A stretch of DNA of 63,965 nucleotides, filler included, from Piptocephalis cylindrospora (GCA_003614145.1; 4 parts of 4 records of this genome joined end to end with filler, not necessarily neighbours in it); one strand, 5' to 3'; shown: positions 11,967-24,141, numbered from the whole stretch's first letter. Numbers and translations: made by a program. The notes: a model not told the origin generated them from the sequence alone.

Positions 11967-13492
11967 ATGTCCATGTTTGCACGCGTTGCCGGTGTCCTGG
12001 TGGACTTGAGTGGTACTGTCCACATTGGTGGAAAAGTGGTTGGGGGGGCGATCGAGGCGGTGGAACAACTTCGACAAGCCAATATCCCGGTAGGTATAGG
12101 GAGGAAGGATGAAGGAAGAGTGTTGGTCTGATGGTCGTGTGCAGCTGGCCAAGTCTATGACACTTCCTCTTCTAATCACCAACTTACCAACTCTGCTGCT
12201 GGCAGTTTCGTTTCTGTACCAACACTACCAAGGAAAGCAAGGCCGAGCTGGTAAACCGACTGGATAGCCTAGGGATATCGGTCCGGGAGGAGGAGGTAGG
12301 GTCCAAGAAGACGCACCTTTCTGGGCGAGGAAATGCGCGTCTACTCAGTTCATCGCTCATTTGATTATCGTGCATTTAGGTGTTTACTTCTTTGACAGCG
12401 TGTGCCCATCTGCTTAGGAAACGCCAGTACAAGTAAGGAGCCATTTGATTTATTTTTGTCCAGACAAATATGATACTGACTTGTGCCACGCCTCCCTATT
12501 TCCCTCTAGGAATCCCTTCTATCTCCTCACAGATAGCGCTCGCGAAGAAGTTCACCATCAATACGGTAGCAAACCTACTGCAGAGGAAAATGATGCAGTG
12601 GTCGTGGGCCTTTCTCCCAGCCACTTTAACTACCCGGCCGTAAGAGGATGAGGGGAGGGCAGGTAGATAATTAGAGGATAATGAAATGGCTCATCAATAC
12701 TTCCCACTTTTAGCTAAACAAGGCATTTCGTATACTCCACCAAGGAGCTCCTCTTATTGCTGTTCATCGAGCACGATACATGCAGACCGAAGATGGGCTA
12801 TCCATGGGGCCTGGGCCCTTTGTTGAAGCCTTGGAGTATGCAGCTTCTGTAAAGGCTGAGGTCGTTGGAAAGGTAAGGCAAGGGAAAATGTGGAGAGGGG
12901 CGGATGAGGAATAGGACGAACTTAATCATCATAGCGACTCACAGTGCCTTTACCATCCCTCCTTAGCCTGAAAGAGCTTTTTTTGAGGCGGCCATTCGAT
13001 CTATGTAAATCATCCAGGGATGAAAGGTTCCCTTTTAGAAAAATCTAATGAGCTGCTATCCCCATTGACCTTAGGAACCTCGACCCAGCCAAAGATACTG
13101 TGTGTATGATCGGCGATGATATTGAACAGGACCTAGGAGGTCAGTGCGAGAGGATAGGGACGACCACTCGACAGATAGGGATAACCTTTGAGAAGATATT
13201 AGCTTTCTTACTCTTCTCTGCATTTAAATAGGTGGGGCCGTTGATCTACGTATACGCCGATATCTAGGTAAGTTTTGAGAAAAGTAGCCGTCTCTTTTTA
13301 TGGTTGGTGCATCCAAGAAGGAAGTATTCTCATTATCTCCTCACCTTTAATGATACCAATCATTTCTCGGATTACCATCTAGTCCAAACGGGAAAGTATA
13401 GGGACGGGGATGAGAACCGAGGTGAAGAGCCTGATGAAATCATTGTGGTAAAAGGTATTAAAGATGCTGTCGTTCACATCCTTCAAGGTTAA
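11967..13492 (+). CDS. HDHD2: HAD-superfamily subfamily IIA hydrolase (HDHD2/LHPP-like), about 9 exons
   Basis: Spliced motifs: [49 protein letters not shown]...[40 protein letters not shown]. Confidence 0.9.
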
Positions 13493-13534
13493 CCGGGGAG
13501 ATGATAGGAAAGCCGATAGCGAAAGGGGTGCTTT

Positions 13535-14205
13535 CTAGGGCCTCTACTAGTTAGGAAAAGAGAAACTGGGCCAATTTTTATTGCAAACGATATGAATGAA
13601 CGTTACAGCCATTGATCGTTTACCTCTTCAAGGTCGAGGATGTTAGTTTCAACAACACGCCATTGGCACTTAGATAGGTCACTCGGAAAATACGCCACTT
13701 CTCAACATCATCATTTCCCGCCCATGCCGGAAGAATTCCCAATATCCTTATCTTTGTCCGGACTCTTCGTACTACGTACTAGATGCCATGAGATTGATCA
13801 TTTAGAACATAGTAGAATAACGATGCTTGACATGGAATACTACGAAAGGGATACCCCGCACGCAAAAGGCAAAAAGATGACGAGTTTAAGAATGAGAAAA
13901 CACCATCCTTTCCTTTCTTCTCTGATAAATACTAGCCTCATGTCACCCTGAATGTCCCTAAGATTGCCCTTAAATTTCCCGTCTCATGCTTCTTAGCCTG
14001 TCGCTCCTACTTACCCTCCACCTATTCCATATAACTCTTTTTTCATCAAGGACCTCTATATCCCAAGGTCTCTGCATACTAAAGGTATGTTAGCGTTTAT
14101 CCGAGTAAGGTATGGTGACAATTAGTACTTGAGCATGTGTGCTATGGTTGGAGATAGCTGCTTGGCGGATGTAACTAGATAATGTGTGTCGATTGACCAA
14201 GACAT
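13535..14205 (-). CDS. Possible small multi-exon hypothetical protein
   Basis: TATAAA and a pyrimidine-rich leader lie upstream of ATG 14205. Plausible GT-AG exons read MSWSIDTHYLVTSAKQLSPTIAHMLN|MQRPWDIEVLDEKRVIWN|IPCQASLFYYVLNDQSHGIY|DLSKCQWRVVETNILDLEE. Splice phases are ambiguous and no family was recognised. Confidence 0.3.
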
Positions 14206-14783
14206 ACAGAGAGAATAAATGAAAATGGGAAAGGGAGAAAGGACAAGGATATGGAATGTGCAAAGAGGGAAGGATTTCCCCTCATTCTCCCCACCGCCCC
14301 ACCGCCCATTTATAGTCCTCTCATTCTCCATTCCCCATTGATCCTCGTTCATCCTCTACCTCGCCAGCACAATCGCCGCCATTGTCTCCACAAGTAGTAT
14401 TGTAATCGGAAGGAACTGTCTTGGAAATATTCTACAGTTTCGCAAACCGTGTAAAAGCGGTTAAGACCCTGGAAGAACGAACCAAATTTCTCAATAGTAT
14501 CTTCCCAATGAATTGTGTAGTCTGTAGGAAATTCCGAGAATTAGGGTAGACAGGTAATATCCATGACTAAATCTGCAAGTTCAGAGCACCAAACAATCAA
14601 CTAAGGATCACATGCAATGAAGATAGAGCTGACCGGTTTATTAATGGACTCAGGGAGGAAACATAGGCAGGAGTGAACTATCAACAGTCATGTACGGTGG
14701 ATAGTTTACACATTTACTTTTCTGCAAGCAGTCATTCCGCCCAACCCGGGCAGGCTCGGTATGGTCGGTTCATTGGGCATGCA

Positions 14784-15524
14784 TTAATGGCGCTCTTGAC
14801 CCATTCTACCTCGAATTGAGGGGCGATGGCTACGATGGTGCCTCTCGACTGAGGACCCCGTGGGCCGGTGTGGTGGGTTCATATGGTCATTAATTGGAGT
14901 CCACTGCAGCATTTCCTCCAGCGTGGCACGTGCTAAGGAATAACTACGCTTTGCCCGCTCCATCCTCTCCTGCGCAGCGTTCCGTCTCGTTGTGTAATCT
15001 TCGATCTCCCTCATAGAATGCCTTAGTTCGTCTTTAACGCGAGCCCTATCCCAGTCATTGAGCTCCTCTAGACGGCCAGGGATTCTGACGATCGTTAAAC
15101 CTCCCGCTACGAAATTTGGTTCAAGGTCACCTCGTCTACGAGGCCGTAATTGATGCCCTCGCTCAGCTAGGAAATTAGTCGTCCGATTGTATCTGGCTGA
15201 CCCACGCTCGATCATAGGCTCGTAAAGCGCCAACTGCCTAGCGTGATACTGCACGATGGCATCCTTTCCCTTCTCTTCCTCCCTCTTCCTAACATCTTCC
15301 TCTAACTTGGGTAATGTTTCATCAACTTTTTCCAGAGGCCATGGTATCCGCGCTCTGGAGCGGCCGTCCTCAGATCTACGGTACCCATGGGCCATATCAT
15401 GAATGCTGAACCTCCAATCCGTATTCCACCATAGATTTTGTGTCAGTTCATTTTGAGTCGGCGTAGCTGCTAGGGCGGTGATGCAGAAGGTAAGCGCAGT
15501 GACGACCAACGTGGATGTTCTCAT
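14784..15524 (-). CDS. Secreted Arg/Glu-rich, predicted helical orphan protein
   Basis: Intronless ORF with signal peptide MRTSTLVVTALTFCITALA and a pyrimidine-rich leader upstream. Confidence 0.7.
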   Translation of the reverse strand: MRTSTLVVTALTFCITALAATPTQNELTQNLWWNTDWRFSIHDMAHGYRRSEDGRSRARIPWPLEKVDETLPKLEEDVRKREEEKGKDAIVQYHARQLALYEPMIERGSARYNRTTNFLAERGHQLRPRRRGDLEPNFVAGGLTIVRIPGRLEELNDWDRARVKDELRHSMREIEDYTTRRNAAQERMERAKRSYSLARATLEEMLQWTPINDHMNPPHRPTGSSVERHHRSHRPSIRGRMGQERH

Positions 15525-15961
15525 ATTCGTGCGTAAGTAGGATGTTCCGGGTGTCCTTGGTCGTGAGTGAAGATGAGGCAAATAGCCAAAGAATCGTTAG
15601 TGATGAGAAGGCAAGCGGCCAAAAAGATGGAATGGTGAGGAAAGAGGAAAGAGGAAGGAAAAAGGAAAGAGGAAGGAAAAAGGAAAGAGGAAGACTGGTT
15701 ATTCGAGGGCAGGAGCCTTAAATAGAGGAGAACCAGAAAGTCGGAGATCCGAGCTGAGTACTTTAGCTATTCATCCCTATCTCCGACACTTCAACCTGAA
15801 CCGGCTCCGGATAATCTATCCATCCACCAATTAGTATCTGCTGTCCTCCTAGAATCGCGCACTCCCAAACGTGGCGGTAGTAGTAGTGAACAGCGAAATG
15901 TATTGAGAAAATTACAGCCTTCCCTTTTCTCTTACAAGCCATCACAGATTCATCTCAAAAA

Positions 15962-16061
15962 NNNNNNNNNNNNNNNNNNNNNNNNNNNNNNNNNNNNNNN
16001 NNNNNTTAATTAATTAANNNNNNNNNNNNNNNNNNNNNNNNNNNNNNNNNNNNNNNNNNNN
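15962..16061. other. Assembly gap with TTAATTAATTAA linker
   Basis: 100-nt block of N with TTAATTAATTAA at 16006-16017, giving stop codons in all six frames. Confidence 0.95.
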
Positions 16062-16167
16062 TTCCCACAGGCATTCCTTTTTACGCGGAAGGCACAACGA
16101 CTTCCCAGTCGTTACAATATGATCAAGAACTCGTTGCAGGAATGAAACAATTATAATATAAATCAAG

Positions 16168-16215
16168 CCGGTACACTTTCGATGCAGGATTTTGCAAAAT
16201 TCATCGCCAACCATT
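16168..16215. repeat. Dispersed copy of the terminal sequence of the Tc1/mariner element at 55 kb
   Basis: 42 of 48 nt identical to 55018-55065 (ccggYacactttcgatgcaggaYtttgcaa...gccaaccatt). Confidence 0.8.
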
Positions 16216-17062
16216 GTTGCGTAGTTGAATGGTGGTGATGAGGTCGCTCTTTAGGCCTAAGTGTGTGGCGAGTAGGGCTGAGCAAGCCAACATGGTTGGG
16301 CGGTGCCAGTGGAGCTACGTATGGAAGAAGTTCATGTAAGGGATTGGTCTGAGAGGCCGCTTCAATAGGCATTGATGCGACGACGAGCCACATGACGGAT
16401 GATGGCGATATATAAGGCTGAGCGCGTAGCGCCCAGGAAGATGGGCCAGGGGCGTGGGAGAGGTTCGATCCTTCCCTTTTCCTTTCATCAGTATACTCTT
16501 ATTCTCGTCCAGTTTCCCCTTCTCTTTTCCCTCTCTGATTTATACTGTGTTTGCGCTCTAGTTGTAGTATTCTGTCGATCCCATACTCATCTCCCCACAT
16601 CATATCACCCGGCGCAGCAATTGTCTCTCTAATTAATTAGCCTCCCCCCAGTCTAATCAATCACACTCGCTAATTTCGGCGAAATCAAGCACAGAAAAAC
16701 TACTCAACAATCAGTCGGATTGAAACAACGTCCAAAAAATACAAAATAGACCAATTTGTCACACTACTACAGCATTACCCAATCACAGACATAAAGTGGG
16801 GCTGTTAGTACCATTGGCGGGGAAAGCGGGGTGATCCACTTCTTTTTTTCCTAGAGCGGATAGGCAGGACCTTTCACAGACGTAAAGACGGTTGAGTTCT
16901 GGTACTCTTCGCGTCTACTTTTTGTGTATTTACTTTTGTCGTGCTTTATCTCATCCTTCCCTCCAGCATCATCCTTGGCCATTTACTCCTCTTCTCACTA
17001 GGATCTGCCGCTTCGTCGTTTCATTCCATCATCCTTGTGGTTGTTACATCTTGCTTTCCAGC

Positions 17063-18133
17063 ATGTTATCCCGTGTTACCCGTAGCATGAGGAGCACTTA
17101 TCGTCCATGGAGCATCGCCCCGCTTCTTGGCGCAAGGGGTATTTTTGTGAGCGGGCCCCACCCACGGATCCAGCGATGTGGGGCATCGGCGTCGACGGCC
17201 CACTGGGAGGAGGATCTATCTTCAGGAGAGGCAGGAGATGTGGAGGCGCCCGCATCTGGGAAGGCTCCTTCCTCGCTAACCGAAGGTGCCTCGGAACAAA
17301 GCCTGACAGTCAATGACTTTAGTTGGATCATCCGAGCTCGCGCGGAGGATAATGTCCGACATCCCAATCTCCTCCCTTCCACCGAGGAGACCACTTCTCC
17401 CTCCATCTTACTTGCGCAGGCTATGCAAAAGAGGAAAGAAGAAGTTCAGGAGAGACAAAGGAGAATACGACAGGAGCTGGATGGATCCGACGAAGTGGAT
17501 ATCACACCAAGAAAGCGTCCTCAGTTGCACGATCCTCGGACGGGTAAACGTTTGGAGGGATGGCGGGTGCGACAGGCGGAGCAACGGGTGAAAATGGATG
17601 GACCCTGGAGACCGGTGAAGAGATTGGCGCGGAGTACAATGGAGAAGATGCGCTTCTTGAACCAGAGCATGCCTGGAAAGTACGATGTCCGGACCCTGGC
17701 CAAGGAGTTTGGTTTAAGCTTTGAGGTAACTCGTCGGATCCTACGTAGTCGATTTGTTCCGCCCGAGGAGGTGCATCAACGACAAGAGGAGCGTGTCAAG
17801 GAACGTCGGATGCGTCTTGCTGCTGTGATTTCCCAGGAGAACAGGAAAGCGCGGGCTAATGGGCGTGACATTGTCGCAAAGCCTAGGAATGCACGGGTAA
17901 GCTCTACTGAGGAAAAGGTTCCTTTTAGTTTTCAAGCCAAGGCCCACGAGGTGGAGCAGGAGGAACGAGAGGCAAGGACGCGAAAGACCAGGGCCCGATC
18001 TAAAAAGGCGCCCTTTTCCCGACTTATGCAGGATGAAACAAGGAAAAGTGGGTCATGGGGTAGGGGCGGTGAGCGACACGATCGAAAGGGCTCATTTACC
18101 CTGGACAGGGACTTGTTGTCTCGGGAGCAGTAA
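17063..18133 (+). CDS. RRG9: Neugrin/Rrg9 family mitochondrial protein
   Basis: Arg/Ser-rich mitochondrial presequence MLSRVTRSMRST. Conserved block WRPVKRLARSTMEKMRFL...LAKEFGLSFEVTRRILRSRFVP. Confidence 0.8.
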   Translation: MLSRVTRSMRSTYRPWSIAPLLGARGIFVSGPHPRIQRCGASASTAHWEEDLSSGEAGDVEAPASGKAPSSLTEGASEQSLTVNDFSWIIRARAEDNVRHPNLLPSTEETTSPSILLAQAMQKRKEEVQERQRRIRQELDGSDEVDITPRKRPQLHDPRTGKRLEGWRVRQAEQRVKMDGPWRPVKRLARSTMEKMRFLNQSMPGKYDVRTLAKEFGLSFEVTRRILRSRFVPPEEVHQRQEERVKERRMRLAAVISQENRKARANGRDIVAKPRNARVSSTEEKVPFSFQAKAHEVEQEEREARTRKTRARSKKAPFSRLMQDETRKSGSWGRGGERHDRKGSFTLDRDLLSREQ

Positions 18134-18756
18134 GGATTTGTGGAGGAAGGGATGCAGGGGTCTGGCCTTATTTGGAGCTAGATCCTATCTGACGACCCTT
18201 CCAGTTTTTTCATTTCCTGTGTGTACATGGCAGTCTTTTTACATGTCGATCAAATAGGATGTACTTTACCTAGAAATTCTTTTAGCATGGTTTACTGTTG
18301 GTGAACTGGTCTGAGAAAGGGATGGGGAGGGTCAACTGTGCTCATGGATCATGAAACCATCTCGGCAGGCCTTTCCCAGATAAATCAACCACTCACCTTA
18401 GCAAGCAACACGGCCAAGTGTCGATGATGCACCTGTGGAGAATCGTTCATGGTCATCGGAGTTGTCATGCTCCCACATACTCCGACGATCGTAGGCTAAA
18501 TACGCAGGGCAAGGCCAAGTAGGGGAGGGTCTTTCCTAAAGGAACCAACCAAGCTGTTTGATCCTGACAGATCCTCTATGGGAGTATATCCTTTTCCACT
18601 ATTCCTTCCTTCCCCTTCTTGATCCTCTGTGCCCGTAGTATCCACGCCACCCTCCCGTATTCTCTCGAGGTTTGATTATTTACCTGCTAGAGGGTTATAT
18701 CACTTAGTTCAATACTCCATCCTCTACTCTTTGAAGGCACCCCGAATGCGCTTGTC

Positions 18757-20318
18757 ATGCTGGACTTTGGCCTCGATCGTTCACTGTGCCAGTAAGTATT
18801 TGATGGTGGTAGTGATAATGGTGGGAGCTGCTTCTTGGCCGATATCTCTATTCCGAAGCAACTCATTACTTTATTCTCACGGCGGTAGATGGAATGTCAA
18901 TATCAGCAAGTGCCGAGATCATCAGGCCCTCTCCACAATCTTAGGTGCTAGTGCAGCACCTGACGCTCTGAACGTCCTACTTATTGCTATTTACCTTCAA
19001 TGCATCATTCGGAAACGGGATCAGGAGCTACAGAGGTCCACTCACCAGGATATCCTCCTTGGCTGGATGACCATTTCTATTCTATGTATGACAGTAGTAA
19101 GATGGGATGAGGAGGTGAGGTAAAGGTTCTTATATTCAATCTGACTTTCTTTATCCTATAGTCCGGTTTCTTCACCTCATTGTCCTTACTCTAGACCTGG
19201 AACCATCTACCCATATCCTTCGGGAAACCTATGCTTCTCTTCCATGGAGTCTCATGTTGGCTGGGGTCGCCTCCTACAGCTTTCACATCATAATAGCCCT
19301 GCCTCTGTTCAACACCTCTTCAGGCCCCACATCACCCTCGTCTCGTCGGTCCAAGGGGCAGAGCCGTAGATTGTATCTTGTATATCTTTCTCTCCTTATC
19401 CTCTCCCTCGTTCCCTCACTGGTACTGGGGACCCTCAAAGGGGCTCGGTGGGACGAGGACGATATGGAAGGATGGGCTCAGTGGGATCTTGCCCAAAAGG
19501 CCTTTCTTTGTGTCATGACCGGATCGATCGCGCTCATCATGGCCATTGGGGGCGGTATTTTGATCACGCGGGCCAAGGCTCGTATCTGTCCGAGTGATGG
19601 AGTAGGGTCACGCTTGTCCCTTCCCCTGGCGGCCCCTATTATGGACCAGACGGCAATGATTCATCGATCCCTCTTGAAGTTCTTGATCATTCAATGTTGC
19701 GTGATCATTACTTGTGCTCTACTTTCCTTGGGCCTCATCCTGGTCCTGACTCTTCCTCCACATCTCACCCGCTCGATTATGGGTCAGCGTGCTCTTTGTG
19801 GTCTTCAGCATTTCCTTCCATCATTAGCTCTCTTTATTTCCCTCATATCCATTTTGTGGACTGAGTTTCGGGGGGCTCAGGATTTCAACAGGAATCAAGG
19901 GATCCCTGTGATATGGGCTAATAGAGAGGGAGTAGAGGGCCCTAGATCCCGCCTTCGCCATACGTCATCATCCTACAATCTCTCCTCGCCATCCCTTGAT
20001 CGATCTCATGGGAATTTATCCACTTCAATAGGAACCGAGTCCCTTTGGCAATCTCCTACGGTCGCTAGCTTCTCCATCCATGGGGAGGAAGGCGAGGTCT
20101 CGTCCAGTGCCATGAGCAGTCGATCCGACTGGGTTCCACTCCCCACCACCCGAGATGTTCCTGGGGCCCAGTCCATTCTATTGGATCTAGAGGGCCCTCC
20201 GCCAAGGACCACGGTGTTTGAGCATTTGGATGCTGTCCAGGCCACTAGACTTTCCCGATCCGGCGGCACCTCCCCAGTACCTTCTCGTAGAGATGTTAAT
20301 CATCACGCGGAACCTTAG
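18757..20318 (+). CDS. Seven-transmembrane (GPCR-like) orphan membrane protein, paralog B
   Basis: Introns 18792-18888 and 19086-19161 give MLDFGLDRSLCQWNVNISKCRD...ISILFRFLHLIVLTLDLEPSTHILRETYASLPWSLMLAG. About seven TM segments and a Ser-rich cytosolic tail. Confidence 0.75.
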
Positions 20319-20621
20319 TCGTCTCAAATTAGTGTTTCTCTCCATATCTGTCCTACAGGCGAAAAGCCCATTGAATATGCTATCCCTCTGGTAATGAGAG
20401 GTGGAAGTCGAAGTATTGCTGTTTTATCCCATTAGATTCACGCTTGGCCATTCTTTCCCGATACGATAAAAGGAAGGGATGATTTTGCCATGCATATCCT
20501 TTCTGCATGTATAATGTACTAGATACATAGATAATATGCAAGTTTTCCAAAAATAATGATACATAATTAGCCATCAGAGAAGGTGAAAGAAAATATCCGA
20601 TCTCATCCAAGCCTGATCTTT

Positions 20622-22090
20622 TCAATAATCATTGTCCTTGTCCTTGCTCTCTGTGGATAGTTTCAGTCGAACACGAGTGGCTTGCTGCGGAGTGGAGGGT
20701 GTGGTGGGCATGGGTGAGGAGGCCAGGCGAAGGGGGACCCGGGTTCGATGGGCCTCGGTAAGAGCAATGGGTAGAGAGGCCCTGGCGGCGTCCTGTCCCC
20801 GTTCTCGAACCACACGACGGACCACACCCAGGGGAACTGCCCCTACTGAGCCATTCCGTTCGCTCCCCACTCGATCCGAAGTCATGTCGTCCGCAAGAGG
20901 GGCGGAAGCAAAGAGGGTTTCTGTAGTTTCAGGCGCATTTCGAGGAGCTACCTTGATGGGTCTATGCTTCTTCTTCCTTTTTCTTTGTCCCTCCTGCCCT
21001 TCTTCTCCTTCTTCCTGCTTCTCCAAGGGCTGAGATGGAGGGATTGTTGAACGGGTCATCATGGTCTTGGGATGTCCTCGTGGTGGTGGGAGCCGGGATA
21101 GCCACTTAGGGAGTGCTTGCAAGGTGGATCGACGAAGTTCCTTGGCGGGGGAGACATCATTATCCTTCATCATCTTCTCTGTTGCTTCAGATGGGCTTGG
21201 CAGTGTGGTGGAGAAGGATAAGCCGGAAGCGGAAGCGCTCTTCAATGTTTCCTTTGATAGAGTAGGCAGTCTAGACGGAGATGAGCTCGTAATGGGTAAG
21301 ATATGATTTTTGTCCATTCGGGCGCCTTCCATCATTCCTGGTTCGCCGAACCCTTCAGCCCCGGGCTTCTGAATGGTGCGATCAATGGGATTGGTCATCT
21401 CAGGAAAGGGCGGGAGGTGTCTGGGAATTAATGGTGGAATTAGGGGTTCATCTTGGCCCTTGAAAGGTTCATCCAAGCTGAACTTGGAGTCAAACGAGCC
21501 GCATTGATAGTGGTAGAGGGCGTCGATATCGATTTCTCCAATCTCCCGATACTCATACACCGCAGTATTCCTCATAGAGAAAGATCTCTTAATCAGGTTT
21601 GAGTCTAGGGAGGCTAAATGTAAGGAAAGAAAAGGAAGGTCACATCAGTCCTAGTACACCGTAAAGTAGTGCATCTACCTATCCTACTTCACTTCATCTT
21701 TACCATACCTTCCAGAGCCCGATTACCAACGATACCCAGGGGACCAGGATCTTCAGCTCGTCCGGATAAAGCTAGACTCCGTAGCTGTTCTGTGCCCATC
21801 CCAACTTGCTGAAGGGACCAAGCAACATCAAGGGCCATGGGGGTACTGCGACCCGAGGCAGCGGCTACGGTCATAGATTGCTCGGCCAGAAGACGGAGGT
21901 ACCTGGCGAGGACATCGGTGAGTAAGTCTGCAGATGTGGAGGAGAGTCGAAACTGGGGAGTTTCCTTTGTTCCATTTGACCCCACATCTCCCTCGAGACC
22001 GCGAAGATTGGGATGTTCTGGGAGTGTAAGATGTAGGAGCCGGAGGAGAGCGTGCCTTAGCAGCGCCCTAGGCAGTTCATCTACGGGCAT
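20622..22090 (-). CDS. Bromo_TP histone-fold protein (TAF3/TAF8-like TFIID subunit)
   Basis: Histone fold STSADLLTDVLARYLRLLAEQS...GRSTPMALDVAWSLQQVGM. One intron (about 21615-21708). Downstream IPRHLPPFPE motif and basic NLS KRKKKHR. Confidence 0.75.
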
Positions 22091-22379
22091 ATTAGGATGA
22101 ATGGGCAATTGGAGGGAGATGTCGAGGATGGGAAGTGGTTGAAGATAGAGGGGGAGGTAGGTCATGTCACAGGAAAGCGCGACAATGACCACTCTAGTTG
22201 TTGATGTTTTCAGAGGCTGAAGCGTTATTTCTCCAATGTGTGCATCATTTTCACCACCAAGCTCAAAGACTTGATCTCGTCCATACATGCGGAAAGAACC
22301 AGCCAGATCTTGATCAATCAAATGGAAAAAAGCACCAGGTTTATTCGTCATACAGAGCACTTGTGATTCAGCTCTTCTA

Positions 22380-23084
22380 CTAGGCGCCGGTGTTTGGGGC
22401 ATTGGGTACTGAGGGAGAGATAAGACTGCCCTGACCCATGTTCGAGGATAGCATGGGGACATACACAATGGCGGGGGTGCTAGCAGATGATTCAGAGGAA
22501 GTGGAGGAGGGGCTGATGGTGGATGAGGAAACTTCCTTGGCCTTGTCATCCCCGCTCTTCATATCATCTTTGTCATCACCATTATCTTGTTCCCGACTTT
22601 TTCCGGGGCCTGGGGAGGATTGTGCTTGTCCTGGGATGGGCTGGCTAGGGATTTGCTGGGAGGAAGGTGGCTGCATCATTACATACTGACCGGGAGAAGC
22701 CTGGACTTGGGGGAAAGAGGGATTAAATGATCCCGGAGCCTGTGGGGCTAAATGAGGGTCTTTATGAGAGGAACGATGCCTATGCCTCTTGGGCTCCTCT
22801 TGGGGGGCCTCGTCCTCCCGAGCCCCCAAATTGCTGTTTGGGTCGACAAGGCGGGTCACTGCTGGGTTGCCCTTGTCTACGGGCTCCCCGAGAAGGTTTT
22901 CCTCCTTGATATACCTATCCCGGTGTTTGATCCAAGAGATTCCTCCGCCAATCCCTCCGGCTGTAGCACCCAGTATACCCACAGCGCCTAGAGCGGCAAA
23001 TAGGGGTGCTGCATCAGTGGCTGGGGTAAGAAGGAGAGGAAGGGAGAGGAGTAGAACGGCAGAAAAGGTGGGAGGTATATGCAT
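22380..23084 (-). CDS. Secreted protein with Gly/Ala-rich hydrophobic N-terminal segment and low-complexity P/Q/S tail
   Basis: Signal peptide MHIPPTFSAVLLLSLPLLLTPATDA followed directly by APLFAALGAVGILGATAGGIGGGISWIKH. Intronless. Confidence 0.75.
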   Translation of the reverse strand: MHIPPTFSAVLLLSLPLLLTPATDAAPLFAALGAVGILGATAGGIGGGISWIKHRDRYIKEENLLGEPVDKGNPAVTRLVDPNSNLGAREDEAPQEEPKRHRHRSSHKDPHLAPQAPGSFNPSFPQVQASPGQYVMMQPPSSQQIPSQPIPGQAQSSPGPGKSREQDNGDDKDDMKSGDDKAKEVSSSTISPSSTSSESSASTPAIVYVPMLSSNMGQGSLISPSVPNAPNTGA

Positions 23085-24141
23085 CTTGAAGAGAAGAAGC
23101 GTGGAGAGGGGAGGTGGATGTTGTGCGTCGAGGTATTTTGGGAGGGGAGAATGAGGGCGGATGGATTCGTAAGATTGTGAGGGAAGAGAAAGTGGGAAGC
23201 CTAGAAGGGAGGGCAGATGATCGTTGGAGAGGTTGAAGGAAGGAATATTGGAAGGGAAAGAGGAAAGAATCAAGTTCCTGGACAAGCCGAGGGGAAGGCT
23301 GGTCCTTTTTCTTACTAGAAATTACTAGCGGAGCTGGAATCGGGGCTGGTATGTGGCTTGTAGGGCTTTGTGTACACTGCTGAAACTCCGAATTGATATA
23401 TATTTTGGATGTCTGTTTTAATGCCTTATTGTATGCGGTGATACAACACAGCCACCAAGATTAGCCGAATATTACTAAAAGACCCTGAGAAGCTTTGATG
23501 GGATCAAGGAGCTTTGATAGGAAGAGGAACGCTTAACCTCCTGAATGATATCCCGAAGAGGGTGCGTCTTGAGATAACTCCTTGTTCATGGGGAGTCGAG
23601 GCTGATGGGGTGCGGATTCTCTCAAACACTTGGAAGCGGCCACAGTGATAGTCTCTTGAGGTCACGTATCATTCTTATTGCACTCTATCTGCTAAAAAAA
23701 TACTCAATAAATTTTGTGGGGCCATTGACTCGATAGGAGTGACCAAAGGCCACCACAGAATTAAGTCATTACATGACTGCAACAGTGTAGGAAAGACCTC
23801 ATCTCCATCCTCCTTCGATACTCCTTCTCCTAATCGCCTATGAGTGTGTTTGTCTATCGGTCTTATTGGATATAGCTAGAGGAAGAAGGTCATGAGTAGG
23901 AACAATTATACTAGTGTAGGTATCTAGTTAAATACTATTGTCAAGGTCAATGGGTGTGTATCAATGCTCGAGCTTAATTGGCGGGTTCTTCCCTGCAACT
24001 AAATATGCGTTTTCGATAGAAATGGGGATGAAGGGAAAAAAGAAGGGAGGTGGACTGGAGGAGTCCAAGTGTATTTCTCAAAAGAGCATCACAAGTACAT
24101 GTATGTGTATGCATTGGGCCTTATTGGTCACGTAGGATGCC

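Noticed and set aside
15638..15695. About 2.7 copies of an 18-nt purine repeat
   Set aside because: Ordinary low-complexity pyrimidine-rich leader of the minus-strand secreted gene.
16006..16017. TTAATTAATTAA palindrome, also at 32065 and 48107
   Set aside because: Centred in identical 100-nt N blocks; it is an artificial scaffolding linker, not biology.
21689..22549. 286-aa ORF apparently overlapping the secreted gene
   Set aside because: Only the part from ATG 22090 is the TAF-like exon; the upstream extension is a fortuitous open frame.
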